Origin: an uncultured Candidatus Saccharibacteria bacterium
GTDB lineage: Bacteria > Patescibacteriota > Doudnabacteria > UBA920
Length of the DNA stretch: 64,000 bases
Reading direction: 5' to 3'
NCBI GenBank assembly: GCA_964617815.1
Contig: CAZTXY010000002.1
Location: 39,343 to 103,342, forward strand
This document shows, one piece after another, positions 38,588-49,119 of this stretch; the stretch's first letter is position 1, and the number at the start of each line of letters is the position of its first letter. The translations under genes were made by a program, and so were the position numbers. The notes under the pieces are model-generated. The model ran no database searches and had not been told where the DNA came from. It was given only the letters and a program-made list of their open reading frames with translations.

Positions 38588-40027
38588 TTATTTTTTTGTT
38601 GGAGTTTGAGTTGTAGTTCCTTTTGTGGTTGTTGTTCCTGCCTTAGCCGAAGACTTAAGCGCAGAATTTCCAGAACCTCCCCCGCCTCCACCTCCAGCGC
38701 TACCTCCCCCGCAAGTCTCTCCAGTATATGGGTTAGTCCCAGGAACCACCATCACATTCCCCATACCAGCAGAACTGAGAAGCGGTCCCGCTTGAGCTGT
38801 ACTATAAGCAGCCATAACACCTAACTGTAACCGAGTACAAGGATCCATTTGTCCAACATCGGCAATAAGGGAAACTGTAGCTGTGGCACCAGCAGGGATT
38901 ATCAATGGGACACCGCCAGAACCAGAACCGGTGCCGCCTGTTTTATACGCTGCGGCTTTACACTTAAAGCGAAGCAGTGAATCCATTTGAAAATTGGTAT
39001 TAGAAAAGATTGTTCCAAACTCACGAGCACTGGAAAAAGTTGTCGGCTTAGCAATGATCCCGCCACCAACTCGTTTGACTGTGAAAGTTTTATTAGAGGC
39101 AAAGGGTTGGGGAGCAGCTGTGCCGTTTGTATGCTGTGGTGCATACCCATCCCTACATCCAACTAACATCGCGTTAATGGTTTTTGGTGAAGTGGTACTG
39201 TTATTTTTTAAGTCTATTAAAGCAAATTCAACAGCGGTAGCATTATTAGTCACTGGACCAGCAGGTGGTGACTCTGGGCTGCGAGTTGCACTAATCACAG
39301 CAGAAGCGGCCGGTGTGACAGTCACAGTAAAAGTTTTTGGGCCAACTACAAAAGTCGTTGGTCTATTATCTGGATTAGTCAGCAATAAAGCTTCGTCTCT
39401 AGGGAAATACTGCTGTTTATTGTAAGTGGCCATAGCTGTGACAGTATATGTCCCAGGTGTTAAATAATTGTGGTCATAACCTGTACGAATGGACGAGCTT
39501 TGCAAGGTGCCGTCGCCCCAATCTACAACAATATTTGGAAACCAAATAATAGCGCGGGGACAAGTTGGATCACCAGGACAGGGTCTATCAACTTGCTGGG
39601 TCCCATAAATTTTAAATGATCCTGCCCTACCCTGGACCACTGTTGTAGGCCCTGTGATAGTTATTTGGCACCCAGCCTGATTCCAGTAAGAACAAGTTGT
39701 AATTGTGCCAGCGGTTGGGTTCCCCTCTTGATTGTTTATAGAAGTTGTAGATAAGCCCGCTGCCTTATTCTGAGTCTGAGTAGTATTTGTTACAGAACGA
39801 CGCAAGTTTTGTATCCAACTAAAGCTGGCTTCACTTGATAAGCCAAGGCCACCACCGAGGACAGAAAAAGTCCCTATAGCAACACCAAGCACAAAAATTA
39901 CTGCAGTGATAGTCAACCAAATATTAGCGCGACTCTTTGCCACAAGGGCAAATTGTTTGCGCAAACTTTTATCTGCTTTGGCTATGGAGTCGTCTATAAC
40001 CCTATGTCCATTTTTTGTTTGAGTCAT
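38588..40027 (-). CDS. Membrane-anchored surface protein with PKD-like domain
   Basis: TM near residue 35-55; VDWGDGT...HNYLTPGTYTVT PKD signature; several Cys pairs; Gly/Thr-rich tail. Confidence 0.8.
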   Translation of the reverse strand: MTQTKNGHRVIDDSIAKADKSLRKQFALVAKSRANIWLTITAVIFVLGVAIGTFSVLGGGLGLSSEASFSWIQNLRRSVTNTTQTQNKAAGLSTTSINNQEGNPTAGTITTCSYWNQAGCQITITGPTTVVQGRAGSFKIYGTQQVDRPCPGDPTCPRAIIWFPNIVVDWGDGTLQSSSIRTGYDHNYLTPGTYTVTAMATYNKQQYFPRDEALLLTNPDNRPTTFVVGPKTFTVTVTPAASAVISATRSPESPPAGPVTNNATAVEFALIDLKNNSTTSPKTINAMLVGCRDGYAPQHTNGTAAPQPFASNKTFTVKRVGGGIIAKPTTFSSAREFGTIFSNTNFQMDSLLRFKCKAAAYKTGGTGSGSGGVPLIIPAGATATVSLIADVGQMDPCTRLQLGVMAAYSTAQAGPLLSSAGMGNVMVVPGTNPYTGETCGGGSAGGGGGGGSGNSALKSSAKAGTTTTKGTTTQTPTKK

Positions 40028-40046
40028 ATTTTTATCTTAAAAAATT

Positions 40047-40508
40047 TTAAATATTTTTTTGTGAAAAAAGTTTAATTAAGTCACTGCGAGAAATTATACC
40101 AACTAGTTTATTATCCTTATTAACAACAGGAATTGGGTTAACACGCTTGGTGGCAAAAAGCAGGGCTAGTTTTTGAAGTTCTGTAGACTCTGTAGTTGTA
40201 ACCACCTCGGTGTTCATAATGTCACCAGCCGTCGCTCCTATAATTTTCTTAACTGCTAAAGGAAGTTTTTTATTATCTCCCTTAATGTAATCCATTTCTT
40301 GGAGAAGCTTGATATATGTTGGTAAATACAGCTTGGAGTCTGAAGCAATAAAATCACGCTCAGCGATCATCCCTAACAATCGTCCTTGCTCGTCTGCCAC
40401 TGGCACTCCAGTAAAATGTTTTGCGAACAATAAATCTGCGACTTGATTAACCGTATCAGTCGGCCGTACGGTCACCACATTTTTTGTCATCAAGTCACAA
40501 ACCTTCAT
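40047..40508 (-). CDS. CBS-domain pair protein
   Basis: VCDLMTKNVVTV, GVPVAD, DIMNTEV, LVGIISRSDL. Confidence 0.93.
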   Translation of the reverse strand: MKVCDLMTKNVVTVRPTDTVNQVADLLFAKHFTGVPVADEQGRLLGMIAERDFIASDSKLYLPTYIKLLQEMDYIKGDNKKLPLAVKKIIGATAGDIMNTEVVTTTESTELQKLALLFATKRVNPIPVVNKDNKLVGIISRSDLIKLFSQKNI

Positions 40509-40591
40509 AGACTATTTTTGTTTCTAAAAAGCCCAACTAATATAAACATTATAGCAGAATTTTTGCATTTTGTCAAAAAAATTTAACCAAA

Positions 40592-42244
40592 CTAGTCTCC
40601 TGCGACTCTAAAAACTTCCTCTACATCTGTAATCCCCTCCAGCGCTTTTAGTAGTCCATCTTGAGCCATGCTCACTGTTCCTGCCCCAATTGCCACAGCT
40701 CTAATTTCAAGAGCAGAAGCTTCTTTTAAAATTAATGCTTCAATGCTATCTGTAACTTCAATAACTTCATAAATTCCGATTCGTCCTTTATAACCAAGTC
40801 CCCCGCAAGCATCGCAACCATTTGCGGCAAAAAACTGGATTTTTCGAGGCAAAATTACCTGAGCGGATTTTGGAATTTTTTCAAGAATACTTTTTACTCG
40901 AGTTAGTGTAGCTGGTTCAATCTCAACTTCCTTGCGGCAACTCACGCAAAGCATTCGCACAAGCCGTTGAGCAATAATTGCCGTTAAAGCAGGAGCAATT
41001 GTAAAAGGCTTCACCCCCATTGTAGTCAACCGTGGAATCGCGCCGGAAGCGTCGTTAGTATGCAAAGTTGAAAGGACAATATGGCCTGTAAGCGCTGCTT
41101 GCATCGCAGTTTCTGCAGTTTCTTGATCACGAATTTCACCAACCATTACAATATCTGGATCTTGCCTCAGAATTGCTCTTAATCCCTTAGCAAAACTAAA
41201 ATCAACATTGTGGTCAATGGGAGTTTGAGAAATTCCTTGTAATTTATATTCAACCGGATCTTCAAGTGTGATAATTTTTACTCCCGGTTGATTAAGCTCG
41301 CTTAAGAAAGCATAGAGTGTTGTAGTTTTTCCGCTTCCAGTTGGACCAGTTGTAATTATCATCCCATTTGGTTTTGCCAGAGCTTTTTCTACGACTGCCA
41401 AACCTAAGCCCCTCATCCCAAGATCTGCTATTTTAAGTTGCTTAGCTTCAGTCCCAAGAAGCCGCAACACTACACCTTCGCCGTTAGCTGAAGGTAGTGT
41501 AGAAACACGTACGTCAACAGGTTTCCCTTTGTAAAAAAAAGTTAAGCGGCCGTCTTGCGGCAAATTTTCTACATTTAATTTAAGCTTAGAAAAACTTTTT
41601 AGACGAGCCATAACTGCTCGCTGAGTAATTTTATCCAAATGAACAATGTCGGAAAGCACCCCGTCAAGTCGAAACCTAACTTTAATAAAGTCAGCTTCTG
41701 GTTCAATATGAATGTCGGAAGCATGTAAGACTATTGCGGCTCCAAATAAAACTGTGAGTACCTCACTTGCTGACTGACCTTTGTTGCTAGTTTTAAATTT
41801 TTCTAAATTTTCTAAAATAGTAGCTTCATCTCCATCAACAGTAATAACATCATGCGCTATGCTTTTTGGAGTCAAAACCTTTTTATAAAAACCAAAGGCT
41901 TGCTTGTAACTACTTTCGGAAATTAAATAGACAGTGACTGTGTATTTTTTTTGTAAAGAACTCTTTTTTTCTAACAATAGCGGATTAGAAGGATCAACTG
42001 TGGCAAGACTAAGGGTGTGAATGTCACGATAGACCGGCAAACTCTTTGACTCACGCGCTTCCCCTTCGGCAAACAAAGCCAAAACATTTAAATCCAAAGG
42101 AAAATTATGTAAGTTTAAATACGGCAGGCCGAGAAGCTTAGCCTTTTTTACTGTCTCATCTTCTTCTAATACTCGATTCTCGTCTAGCAAAGCCCTTTGC
42201 ATATCCTGTGGGGTGCTAGATAAAAAGTGTTTACTGTCTACCAT
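40592..42244 (-). CDS. Type IV pilus/T2SS assembly ATPase (PilB/GspE family)
   Basis: ASDIHIEP, PQDGR, GPTGSGKTTTLY, LRQDPD, GEIRD, STLHTND, CxxC..CxxC. Confidence 0.95.
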   Translation of the reverse strand: MVDSKHFLSSTPQDMQRALLDENRVLEEDETVKKAKLLGLPYLNLHNFPLDLNVLALFAEGEARESKSLPVYRDIHTLSLATVDPSNPLLLEKKSSLQKKYTVTVYLISESSYKQAFGFYKKVLTPKSIAHDVITVDGDEATILENLEKFKTSNKGQSASEVLTVLFGAAIVLHASDIHIEPEADFIKVRFRLDGVLSDIVHLDKITQRAVMARLKSFSKLKLNVENLPQDGRLTFFYKGKPVDVRVSTLPSANGEGVVLRLLGTEAKQLKIADLGMRGLGLAVVEKALAKPNGMIITTGPTGSGKTTTLYAFLSELNQPGVKIITLEDPVEYKLQGISQTPIDHNVDFSFAKGLRAILRQDPDIVMVGEIRDQETAETAMQAALTGHIVLSTLHTNDASGAIPRLTTMGVKPFTIAPALTAIIAQRLVRMLCVSCRKEVEIEPATLTRVKSILEKIPKSAQVILPRKIQFFAANGCDACGGLGYKGRIGIYEVIEVTDSIEALILKEASALEIRAVAIGAGTVSMAQDGLLKALEGITDVEEVFRVAGD

Positions 42245-42359
42245 GACGCTAAATTTTTATTTTCCGCCAAAGACGCTGGCTGACTCGTTATTCTTTTGTT
42301 TCTAAAAATATTGAACTAAAGTAATTATACCACTATATAAGCTCAATAGAGAGGGCTGT

Positions 42360-43490
42360 TTACTGCAAGTTTGCCACCACATTTTCTGGAGATAAACTAG
42401 TTTCAAATATAGTTATTAGGAATTGCCCAAACAAGGGCAAGGATGCTGGGGTGGTCAGCCCAAATTTTTGAGCAATAACTTCGGTATTTATATGTGGGAG
42501 ACTCGCTAAGACGAGAAGGGTTGAATCTCTATTTGTCGCTGCTACCACTGCCACTGAAGCAAACCCACTAACATTTTTTACTAATTCTCGCAGTGCATTT
42601 GGAATATCAGCTTCTGATGTCTCACTCTTTTCAAAATCCTGCTGATTTATGACCGCAAAAAGTGTTTGGCCTGAAGGGCTTTCTTCTAACCTCGCCAAAG
42701 TTCTACCCCACAACTTTAATAAATTAAATTGCTTAGTTTTAAATAAATGCTGAACGACTAATTCTTGATCTGCCCCAAGTCTAAGCAAACCACTGGCTGT
42801 GACAAAAGTGTTGGCAGTAGTAGAGACAAACTGAAAACTGCTAGTTGCATGCATTATCCCCCCTAAAAAACATGTGGCTGCCGTACTAGGAATTTCAAAG
42901 TCATCCTGAGCTAATAAGGTGCGCGCTACTAACTCAGCATTGCTACTAGCCACAACATCCACAGAATTTATTGTGCCAAAATATTCATTGGCTGGACTTT
43001 TATCAAAATTAATTTTTGCAACTCCATATAACAAATCAGAATGGTCCACAAATAAACCACCTAAACTCTCCAAAGAGCCAGTCCCAATTGTGATTACTAA
43101 ATCTATGCTTGCAACCCCAGACTCAACTCTCACATCCCCAGAAGAAAAGCTTCCATTTTTTGGTTTCAAAAAAATTTTTACTTCCTCAGGCTCTACCTCA
43201 TATCTTAATTCATCGAGTTGTGCGTTCTGGGTTTTTAATAAAATGGTTAACCCACCCGTAACCATAGATAATTCTTTTTTAAAAACTACGGTTTCTGGGA
43301 AAAAACCCAAATCTTCTGGGAGAGTCTCTGGACCGATTAAAGTGACGGCTTTGCCCTGCCTCTCTAGTGTAATTGCCAACCCTGCTGCTGCTGACAAAGT
43401 ATCATAATCAGCATGCTCAGGAGTCGCAATCAAAATTGATTGCGACTTTTTACACAGTTCATAAATTTGTTGGGCAAGTGACAATTCCAT
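42360..43490 (-). CDS. DHH-superfamily (NrnA-like) protein with degenerate motifs
   Basis: N-terminal ILIA...DYDTLSAA and INFDKSPANEYFG in place of INIDHH. Confidence 0.7.
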   Translation of the reverse strand: MELSLAQQIYELCKKSQSILIATPEHADYDTLSAAAGLAITLERQGKAVTLIGPETLPEDLGFFPETVVFKKELSMVTGGLTILLKTQNAQLDELRYEVEPEEVKIFLKPKNGSFSSGDVRVESGVASIDLVITIGTGSLESLGGLFVDHSDLLYGVAKINFDKSPANEYFGTINSVDVVASSNAELVARTLLAQDDFEIPSTAATCFLGGIMHATSSFQFVSTTANTFVTASGLLRLGADQELVVQHLFKTKQFNLLKLWGRTLARLEESPSGQTLFAVINQQDFEKSETSEADIPNALRELVKNVSGFASVAVVAATNRDSTLLVLASLPHINTEVIAQKFGLTTPASLPLFGQFLITIFETSLSPENVVANLQ

Positions 43491-43607
43491 ATAAGATCTA
43501 AAAGGTAGAGATCAATTTCTTTGTTAATTTTTTTAGGGAAAGGGACAACCTTAATATAACACTATAGACAATTTTACTAAATTGGTCAATCCTATTACAA
43601 TAGAGCT

Positions 43608-44009
43608 ATGAGATACGACTACAGCATCACTGTTTCAGAAGCAGGAAACTTAGCAAAGCAGCTAGCGCGCAACCTCAGAGGTGGCGATATTCTCGCTCTT
43701 AGTGGGCCGCTTGGGGCAGGGAAAACAACCTTCACCCAAAAATTAGGAAAACTCCTTGGAATTAAAAAACGAATAACCAGCCCAACTTTTACCTTGGTAA
43801 ACTTCTATCAAGCCAAGCTTCCTAAAACTAAACTTCCAATTACATTTTATCATTTAGACCTCTACCGAACTAATAGTTTTCAGGAAGTAAATGAATTAGG
43901 GCTAGAGGAATTTATGGGACAAGAGCAAACAATTACAGTCATTGAATGGGCGGAAAAAATAAAAGCCCATCTTCCTAAAAATACAATTTGGATTAATTTT
44001 AAAATATGA
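43608..44009 (+). CDS. tsaE: t6A biosynthesis ATPase TsaE
   Basis: LSGPLGAGKTTF, ITSPTFTL, HLDLYR, IEWAE. Confidence 0.96.
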   Translation: MRYDYSITVSEAGNLAKQLARNLRGGDILALSGPLGAGKTTFTQKLGKLLGIKKRITSPTFTLVNFYQAKLPKTKLPITFYHLDLYRTNSFQEVNELGLEEFMGQEQTITVIEWAEKIKAHLPKNTIWINFKI

Positions 44010-45304
44010 ACATCCCTTTAATTCTATTAAATAAGTCTTTTGCAATAACATTTACCGTACTGGCATTCTTGGCTAGTATGTTTTTTGTCGTTCCTAGAGT
44101 GCAAGCCGCATTGCCAGAAACCCCTAAAACAGACTTTATTATAGAGGGGCTACCAAGTGCTCTTGTTATTCCAAAGACCACACTAAGCTTATGGGAGTCC
44201 TCTGTCTCTGTATCAGAAAATTCAACAGCGCTCAGCCAAGAAATTTCTCCAGAAGATTTAGTTAGTCAAACTTTGGGGTTAACTACCACAACCCCTGTCA
44301 AAACACGAAAAGTCTACCCATTCAACCCAACCGAAATTTATAACTATCTCTCAGAACATACTAATGGCTTCGAACAAACAAAAGATGCCAAGCTTGTTAT
44401 AGAAAATAACCGCGCCACCGTTTTTGAAGCCGGCCAAGATGGTTTACATATAGACATTGCCACGAGCACAAAAAATGTTATTTTAGCTTTGGTAAACCAA
44501 AAAACTGAAGCCCAACTTGCAGTTCATGCAAAAAAACCTGCCAAACCCCTAGCAGGAACAAACACTTTAGGTATTAATGAATTAATTGGTAAAGGTGAAT
44601 CAAACTTTAAGGGCAGCCCAAAAAACCGCAGACATAATATTAAAGTTGGAGTTGAAAAAGAAAAAGGGGTTATTCTTGCCCCAGGTGAAGAATTCAGTTT
44701 TAACGAATACCTTGGGGAAGTGGAAGCCTCCACAGGGTTTTTACCAGAACTGGTTATAAAAAAATCTGGCACTGTCCCAGAATTCGGCGGAGGGCTCTGC
44801 CAAGTCTCATCCACCACGTTTCGCGCCGCCATGGATGCAGGACTGCCAATAGTGCAAAGAAAAAACCATTCCTATGCCGTGCAGTATTATGCCCCACAAG
44901 GAACAGACGCCACAATTTATCCTGGTGTAATAGACCTAAAATTTACCAATGATACGCCAGCTCATATTTTAATCTGGCCATACTTAAAAGATGCTGACAA
45001 TTTAGTTTTTGAAATTTATGGCACGAAAGATACCCGTAAAGTGATTTTAGAAAAACCCGTAACCTACGACCGTAAAAGTGACGGCTCAATGAAAGCCTAT
45101 TGGAAACGCACAGTAATTAAAGATGGCAAAGAACTAAAAGACACTTTTAACTCTACCTACCAGTCACCAGCGCTATTCCACAAGAAAGAAGAGTTTCCTC
45201 CCACCCCAGAACAACAAGCTGCAAATCCTCAAACTCAAACCCCTGCTCCTCCAGTCGAAAATACTCCACCTATACCAACCCAACCTCCACCAACCATTAA
45301 CTAA
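44006..45304 (+). CDS. VanW-family protein
   Basis: RRHNI, PGEEFSFN, GGGLCQVSSTTF, HS..V.YY..G.DAT, DLKFTN. Confidence 0.9.
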   Translation: MNIPLILLNKSFAITFTVLAFLASMFFVVPRVQAALPETPKTDFIIEGLPSALVIPKTTLSLWESSVSVSENSTALSQEISPEDLVSQTLGLTTTTPVKTRKVYPFNPTEIYNYLSEHTNGFEQTKDAKLVIENNRATVFEAGQDGLHIDIATSTKNVILALVNQKTEAQLAVHAKKPAKPLAGTNTLGINELIGKGESNFKGSPKNRRHNIKVGVEKEKGVILAPGEEFSFNEYLGEVEASTGFLPELVIKKSGTVPEFGGGLCQVSSTTFRAAMDAGLPIVQRKNHSYAVQYYAPQGTDATIYPGVIDLKFTNDTPAHILIWPYLKDADNLVFEIYGTKDTRKVILEKPVTYDRKSDGSMKAYWKRTVIKDGKELKDTFNSTYQSPALFHKKEEFPPTPEQQAANPQTQTPAPPVENTPPIPTQPPPTIN

Positions 45305-45309
45305 CCACC

Positions 45310-46767
45310 ATGAACATTACCCAGAAAAAAGTTGCCCTACTGACAAAAATAGAAAAACCTTACGACCTTCTTATTATTCCGATCCAAAAAGGTCAACTAC
45401 CAGCTGAGTTAAAAAAGCTAAAAAACTTTGAGACCAGCGAGATAAATCGTCATCTCAAAATTGGAGACTTAAAAAAACAACGTGGGAGCACGTTGTTATT
45501 TTACCCACATGCCAGCAGAAAAATAGCCACACGTATTCTCTTGGTTGAGATAGGTAAAGAGGTGGCTTCTCAAAAAACAATTACCGATATTGTAAAAAAT
45601 ATTCGTCCATTTTTGGTTAAGTATAAACAGGTAGGCTTACTTGTCCCAACAGATTTTGCTGTCCTTCTAACCCAAACCGTCATAGCTGCAGCATACAGCG
45701 GCAGTTATCAATTCCTTGTTCATAAAACAAAAACTACTGATGACTCAAGTCCCCAAATTAATGCACTAGACCTATTTTGCAATAAGCCTTTGGGTCCAAT
45801 AATAGAAAAGGCTCAAATCTTAGGGAAAGCCTTAGAAGCTGTAAAAACTTTATGCAACCAGCCAGCCAACGCCATGACCCCTAAAGACTTGGCCAGCCAA
45901 AGCCAATTCTTAGCTACTGAGTATGGACTTACTTTCAGCGCTTTTGATGAAGCTACTTTAATTAAAATGGGAATGGGTGGGCTTGTGGGAGTTTCGAGTG
46001 GTTCCAGCGAAGACGCTCAAATGATTATAGTAGAATATAACCCCAAAGGAAAAAATACTGTTGCCCTAGTTGGTAAGGGTATTACTTTTGACAGTGGAGG
46101 TATTTCCATAAAGCCGGCAAAGGACATGCATGAAATGAAATACGACATGGCTGGGGGCGCAACCGTCCTTGGCGTGCTACTAGCTGCCAGCAAACTTAAA
46201 CTGCCGCAGCACTTAGTTGGAGTAATTGCCGCAACCGAAAACCTTCCCTCTGGAACAGCCCTCAAACCCGGCGACGTGATTAAAACCTACAGCGGAAAAA
46301 CAGTAGAAATTTTAAATACTGATGCTGAAGGGCGCTTAGTTTTAGCAGATGGCTTGTCCTATGTCCAAAAAAAGTACAAACCCAAATTAATTATTGACCT
46401 AGCCACATTAACCGGCGCTGTTGTAGTTGCTCTTGGCAACAAAATTACCGGTGCGTTTGGTAATAACGAAGATTTAAATAAGCAATTTCTCGAAGCAACT
46501 AAAACTACCGGTGAAGACACTCATTTCTTACCTCTTTACATGCAATACGTTGACGAGTTAAAAAGTACTGTCGCCGATCTTTCGAATATTGGCAAGCAGC
46601 GAGTCGATGCAATTGTTGCAGCGGTTTTTCTGGCCCAGTTTATTGAAAAAGACATGCCTTGGATTCATCTTGATATAGCTGGCACTGCGTGGAATGGTGA
46701 AGGGGCTAGCGGGGTTATGATTCCAACAATTATTGAGTTCCTGTCCAAACTAAAATTAAAAAAATAA
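45310..46767 (+). CDS. pepA: M17 leucyl aminopeptidase
   Basis: VGKGITFDSGG, MKYDMAG, NTDAEGRLVLAD, DLATLTGA, WIHLDIAG. Confidence 0.95.
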   Translation: MNITQKKVALLTKIEKPYDLLIIPIQKGQLPAELKKLKNFETSEINRHLKIGDLKKQRGSTLLFYPHASRKIATRILLVEIGKEVASQKTITDIVKNIRPFLVKYKQVGLLVPTDFAVLLTQTVIAAAYSGSYQFLVHKTKTTDDSSPQINALDLFCNKPLGPIIEKAQILGKALEAVKTLCNQPANAMTPKDLASQSQFLATEYGLTFSAFDEATLIKMGMGGLVGVSSGSSEDAQMIIVEYNPKGKNTVALVGKGITFDSGGISIKPAKDMHEMKYDMAGGATVLGVLLAASKLKLPQHLVGVIAATENLPSGTALKPGDVIKTYSGKTVEILNTDAEGRLVLADGLSYVQKKYKPKLIIDLATLTGAVVVALGNKITGAFGNNEDLNKQFLEATKTTGEDTHFLPLYMQYVDELKSTVADLSNIGKQRVDAIVAAVFLAQFIEKDMPWIHLDIAGTAWNGEGASGVMIPTIIEFLSKLKLKK

Positions 46768-46776
46768 CCGTAGCTA

Positions 46777-47805
46777 ATGTTAGAGTCAACAAAACAAGAT
46801 AATAATATCTTAAGCCCCACTTCCCCTGAAGAAGAAGTCTTTGAACAAACCCTCAGGCCAAGTACCTTACTTGAATTTATTGGACAAGAAAGTCTAAAGG
46901 CAAACTTAGCTGTAGTGATAGAAGCGGCCAAACAACGCGGTGAGCGGATTGAACACGTCCTACTTTATGGCCCACCAGGACTTGGCAAAACCACCCTTGC
47001 CAGTATTATTGCTAAAGAAACTGGGAGCAAACTCAAAACAACTTCTGGCCCAGCGATTGAACGACCTGGAGACTTAGCAGCATTGTTAACCAATCTTGAA
47101 CCTGGTGACACCTTATTTATAGACGAAGTCCACCGTCTCAATAAAGTTGTCGAAGAAATTCTTTATCCCGCCATGGAAGACGGCTTTTTAGATATCGTCA
47201 TTGGCAAAGGACCGGGAGCCCGAAGCGTGCGCATGGATTTACCAAAATTTACCTTAATTGGTGCGACCACACGCATTGGCATGATCTCCAGTCCCCTACG
47301 AGACCGCTTTGGCCTAACCTATCATTTTGATTTCTACGACACAAAAGCGATTAATCAAATTATTAAACGTTCAGCCGTAATTTTAAATAGTCCGATAGAC
47401 GAAGAGTCGAGTTTAATTTTAGCAGAACGCAGCAGGTTTACTCCTCGCATTGCTAATAGAATTTTAAAACGAGTTAGAGACTTTGTGCAGGTTTCTGGCC
47501 ATGATACAATTACAGCTGGGGAAGCTCAAAAAGCTCTTGATCTCCTTGGAATAGACGAGCAAGGGTTAGAATTAAATGACCGTCGTCTGCTAGAAATTAT
47601 TGCTGATAAATTTGCCGGTGGCCCAGTGGGTTTGGGAACTTTGGCCGCGGCTAGCGGCGAGGAACAAGACACTATTGCCGACGTCTACGAACCTTTTCTA
47701 CTGCGTCTTGGTTTAATTATGAGAACACCAAAAGGGCGCCAGCTCACAGAGCGTGGCTACTCCCATTTAGGTAAAACATTTCCAGGGGCTAACACTCTCC
47801 TTTAA
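46777..47805 (+). CDS. ruvB: Holliday junction helicase RuvB
   Basis: [40 protein letters not shown]. Confidence 0.98.
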   Translation: MLESTKQDNNILSPTSPEEEVFEQTLRPSTLLEFIGQESLKANLAVVIEAAKQRGERIEHVLLYGPPGLGKTTLASIIAKETGSKLKTTSGPAIERPGDLAALLTNLEPGDTLFIDEVHRLNKVVEEILYPAMEDGFLDIVIGKGPGARSVRMDLPKFTLIGATTRIGMISSPLRDRFGLTYHFDFYDTKAINQIIKRSAVILNSPIDEESSLILAERSRFTPRIANRILKRVRDFVQVSGHDTITAGEAQKALDLLGIDEQGLELNDRRLLEIIADKFAGGPVGLGTLAAASGEEQDTIADVYEPFLLRLGLIMRTPKGRQLTERGYSHLGKTFPGANTLL

Positions 47806-47810
47806 ATACT

Positions 47811-48023
47811 ATGGATTCATCACAAGTTATCTACGCAATTATTACTGTTGCCTACTTAGGATTTATTTTAATTACTACTTTAATTAGCGCTTTTAGCATT
47901 TATATTTTTTTGCGTTACGGTAAATCACGTACAACTACTTTAACCATTAGTGTTATCTACGCTATTCTATTTATAATTTTAGTAAGCACTTCTTACTCTT
48001 CACTGCAGAACCTAAAAGTCTAA
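47811..48023 (+). CDS. Small two-TM membrane protein
   Basis: 70-aa hydrophobic ORF tightly packed in operon. Confidence 0.7.
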   Translation: MDSSQVIYAIITVAYLGFILITTLISAFSIYIFLRYGKSRTTTLTISVIYAILFIILVSTSYSSLQNLKV

Positions 48024-48028
48024 AAACA

Positions 48029-48592
48029 ATGCACAAACTTTTCCCTAGCCAAAGGCCTGATGAAAAAATTTATTTAGCCATTCGCGAGCATTGGATTTTA
48101 TTAGTGTTAAAACTATTAGTCTGGTTAATTGTCGCTGTACCACTTTTTGCATACTACTGGTTTGGCCAACGAGCCCTGCCAGGCCTTTTTGAAGGACAAA
48201 TGGGTTTATTTTTAAATTTGTTAGCCCAAGTCTACATGACATCTTTGCTAGTAAGCCTCCTTGTTATCTTTGTTCTTTACTATCTTAATATCCATATAAT
48301 AAGCAGTATGCGCATTGTTGATATTGATCAACAAGGCCTTTTAAGCCATGTTGTCTCTGAACTCAACATAGATAAAATTGAAGACGTCACAAGTGAAACC
48401 AATGGCGTGCTGGGAACGATGTTTGACTTTGGTACAGTTTATATTCAAACTGCAGCAGCCAAAGAACGTTTTGAGTTTCAAAATGTCCCAAATCCTGGCT
48501 TGCTTACAAAAATAATTTTAGACCTCTACGAAAAAATTCATCACGCCGAACAATCAAAAGAACAAATTCAGAACCATAAAATAATTATATAA
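48029..48592 (+). CDS. Membrane protein with bacterial PH domain
   Basis: Two TMs; RIVDIDQ, KIEDVT, FDFGTVYIQTA. Confidence 0.8.
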   Translation: MHKLFPSQRPDEKIYLAIREHWILLVLKLLVWLIVAVPLFAYYWFGQRALPGLFEGQMGLFLNLLAQVYMTSLLVSLLVIFVLYYLNIHIISSMRIVDIDQQGLLSHVVSELNIDKIEDVTSETNGVLGTMFDFGTVYIQTAAAKERFEFQNVPNPGLLTKIILDLYEKIHHAEQSKEQIQNHKIII

Positions 48593-48602
48593 ACTAATTT
48601 CT

Positions 48603-49085
48603 ATGTTAAAAAAGAAAGTTAAAAAAAATATAATTGTTGCTGTTAGTGGAGGCTTTGACCCTATTCATCCAGGTCACACTAGACTCATCCATGAAGCCAA
48701 AAAACTTGGTGATAAATTAATTGTCATACTAAACAATGATAATTGGATTAAACAGAAAAAAGGCAAAGTCTTCATGCCACAACATGAGCGCAAAGAAATC
48801 CTAGAGGCTCTCCGTGATGTAGACAAAGTTGTCCTCACAGACCATGCAAAAAACCCAACCGACATGAGTGTGTCAAAAACACTCCAAAAAATCAAACCTA
48901 ATATTTTTGCGAATGGCGGGGACCGCAACAAAAAAAATGCGGCCGATCCAAAATCCTCTCTGTATACTGACATAGCCATGTGCAAAAAACTAAAGTGTAA
49001 GATGGTGTTTAATGCCGGCAAAGGTGGCAAAATTGAATCCAGCTCTTGGCTCCTTGCCAACTACGCCAAAACTAAAAAAAAATAA
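48603..49085 (+). CDS. Cytidylyltransferase-family nucleotidyltransferase
   Basis: SGGFDPIHPGH (HxGH), ERKEIL, ANGGDR, SSS. Confidence 0.9.
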   Translation: MLKKKVKKNIIVAVSGGFDPIHPGHTRLIHEAKKLGDKLIVILNNDNWIKQKKGKVFMPQHERKEILEALRDVDKVVLTDHAKNPTDMSVSKTLQKIKPNIFANGGDRNKKNAADPKSSLYTDIAMCKKLKCKMVFNAGKGGKIESSSWLLANYAKTKKK

Positions 49086-49086
49086 T

Positions 49087-49119
49087 AAAAAAACTTCCCA
49101 AATTAATGGGAAGTTTTTT
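49087..49119. terminator. Bidirectional intrinsic terminator
   Basis: A7-CTTCCCA-AATTAA-TGGGAAG-T6. Confidence 0.8.

Noticed and set aside
38660-38712. Gly-rich repeat at the end of the PKD protein
   Set aside because: Ordinary codon-period low-complexity linker
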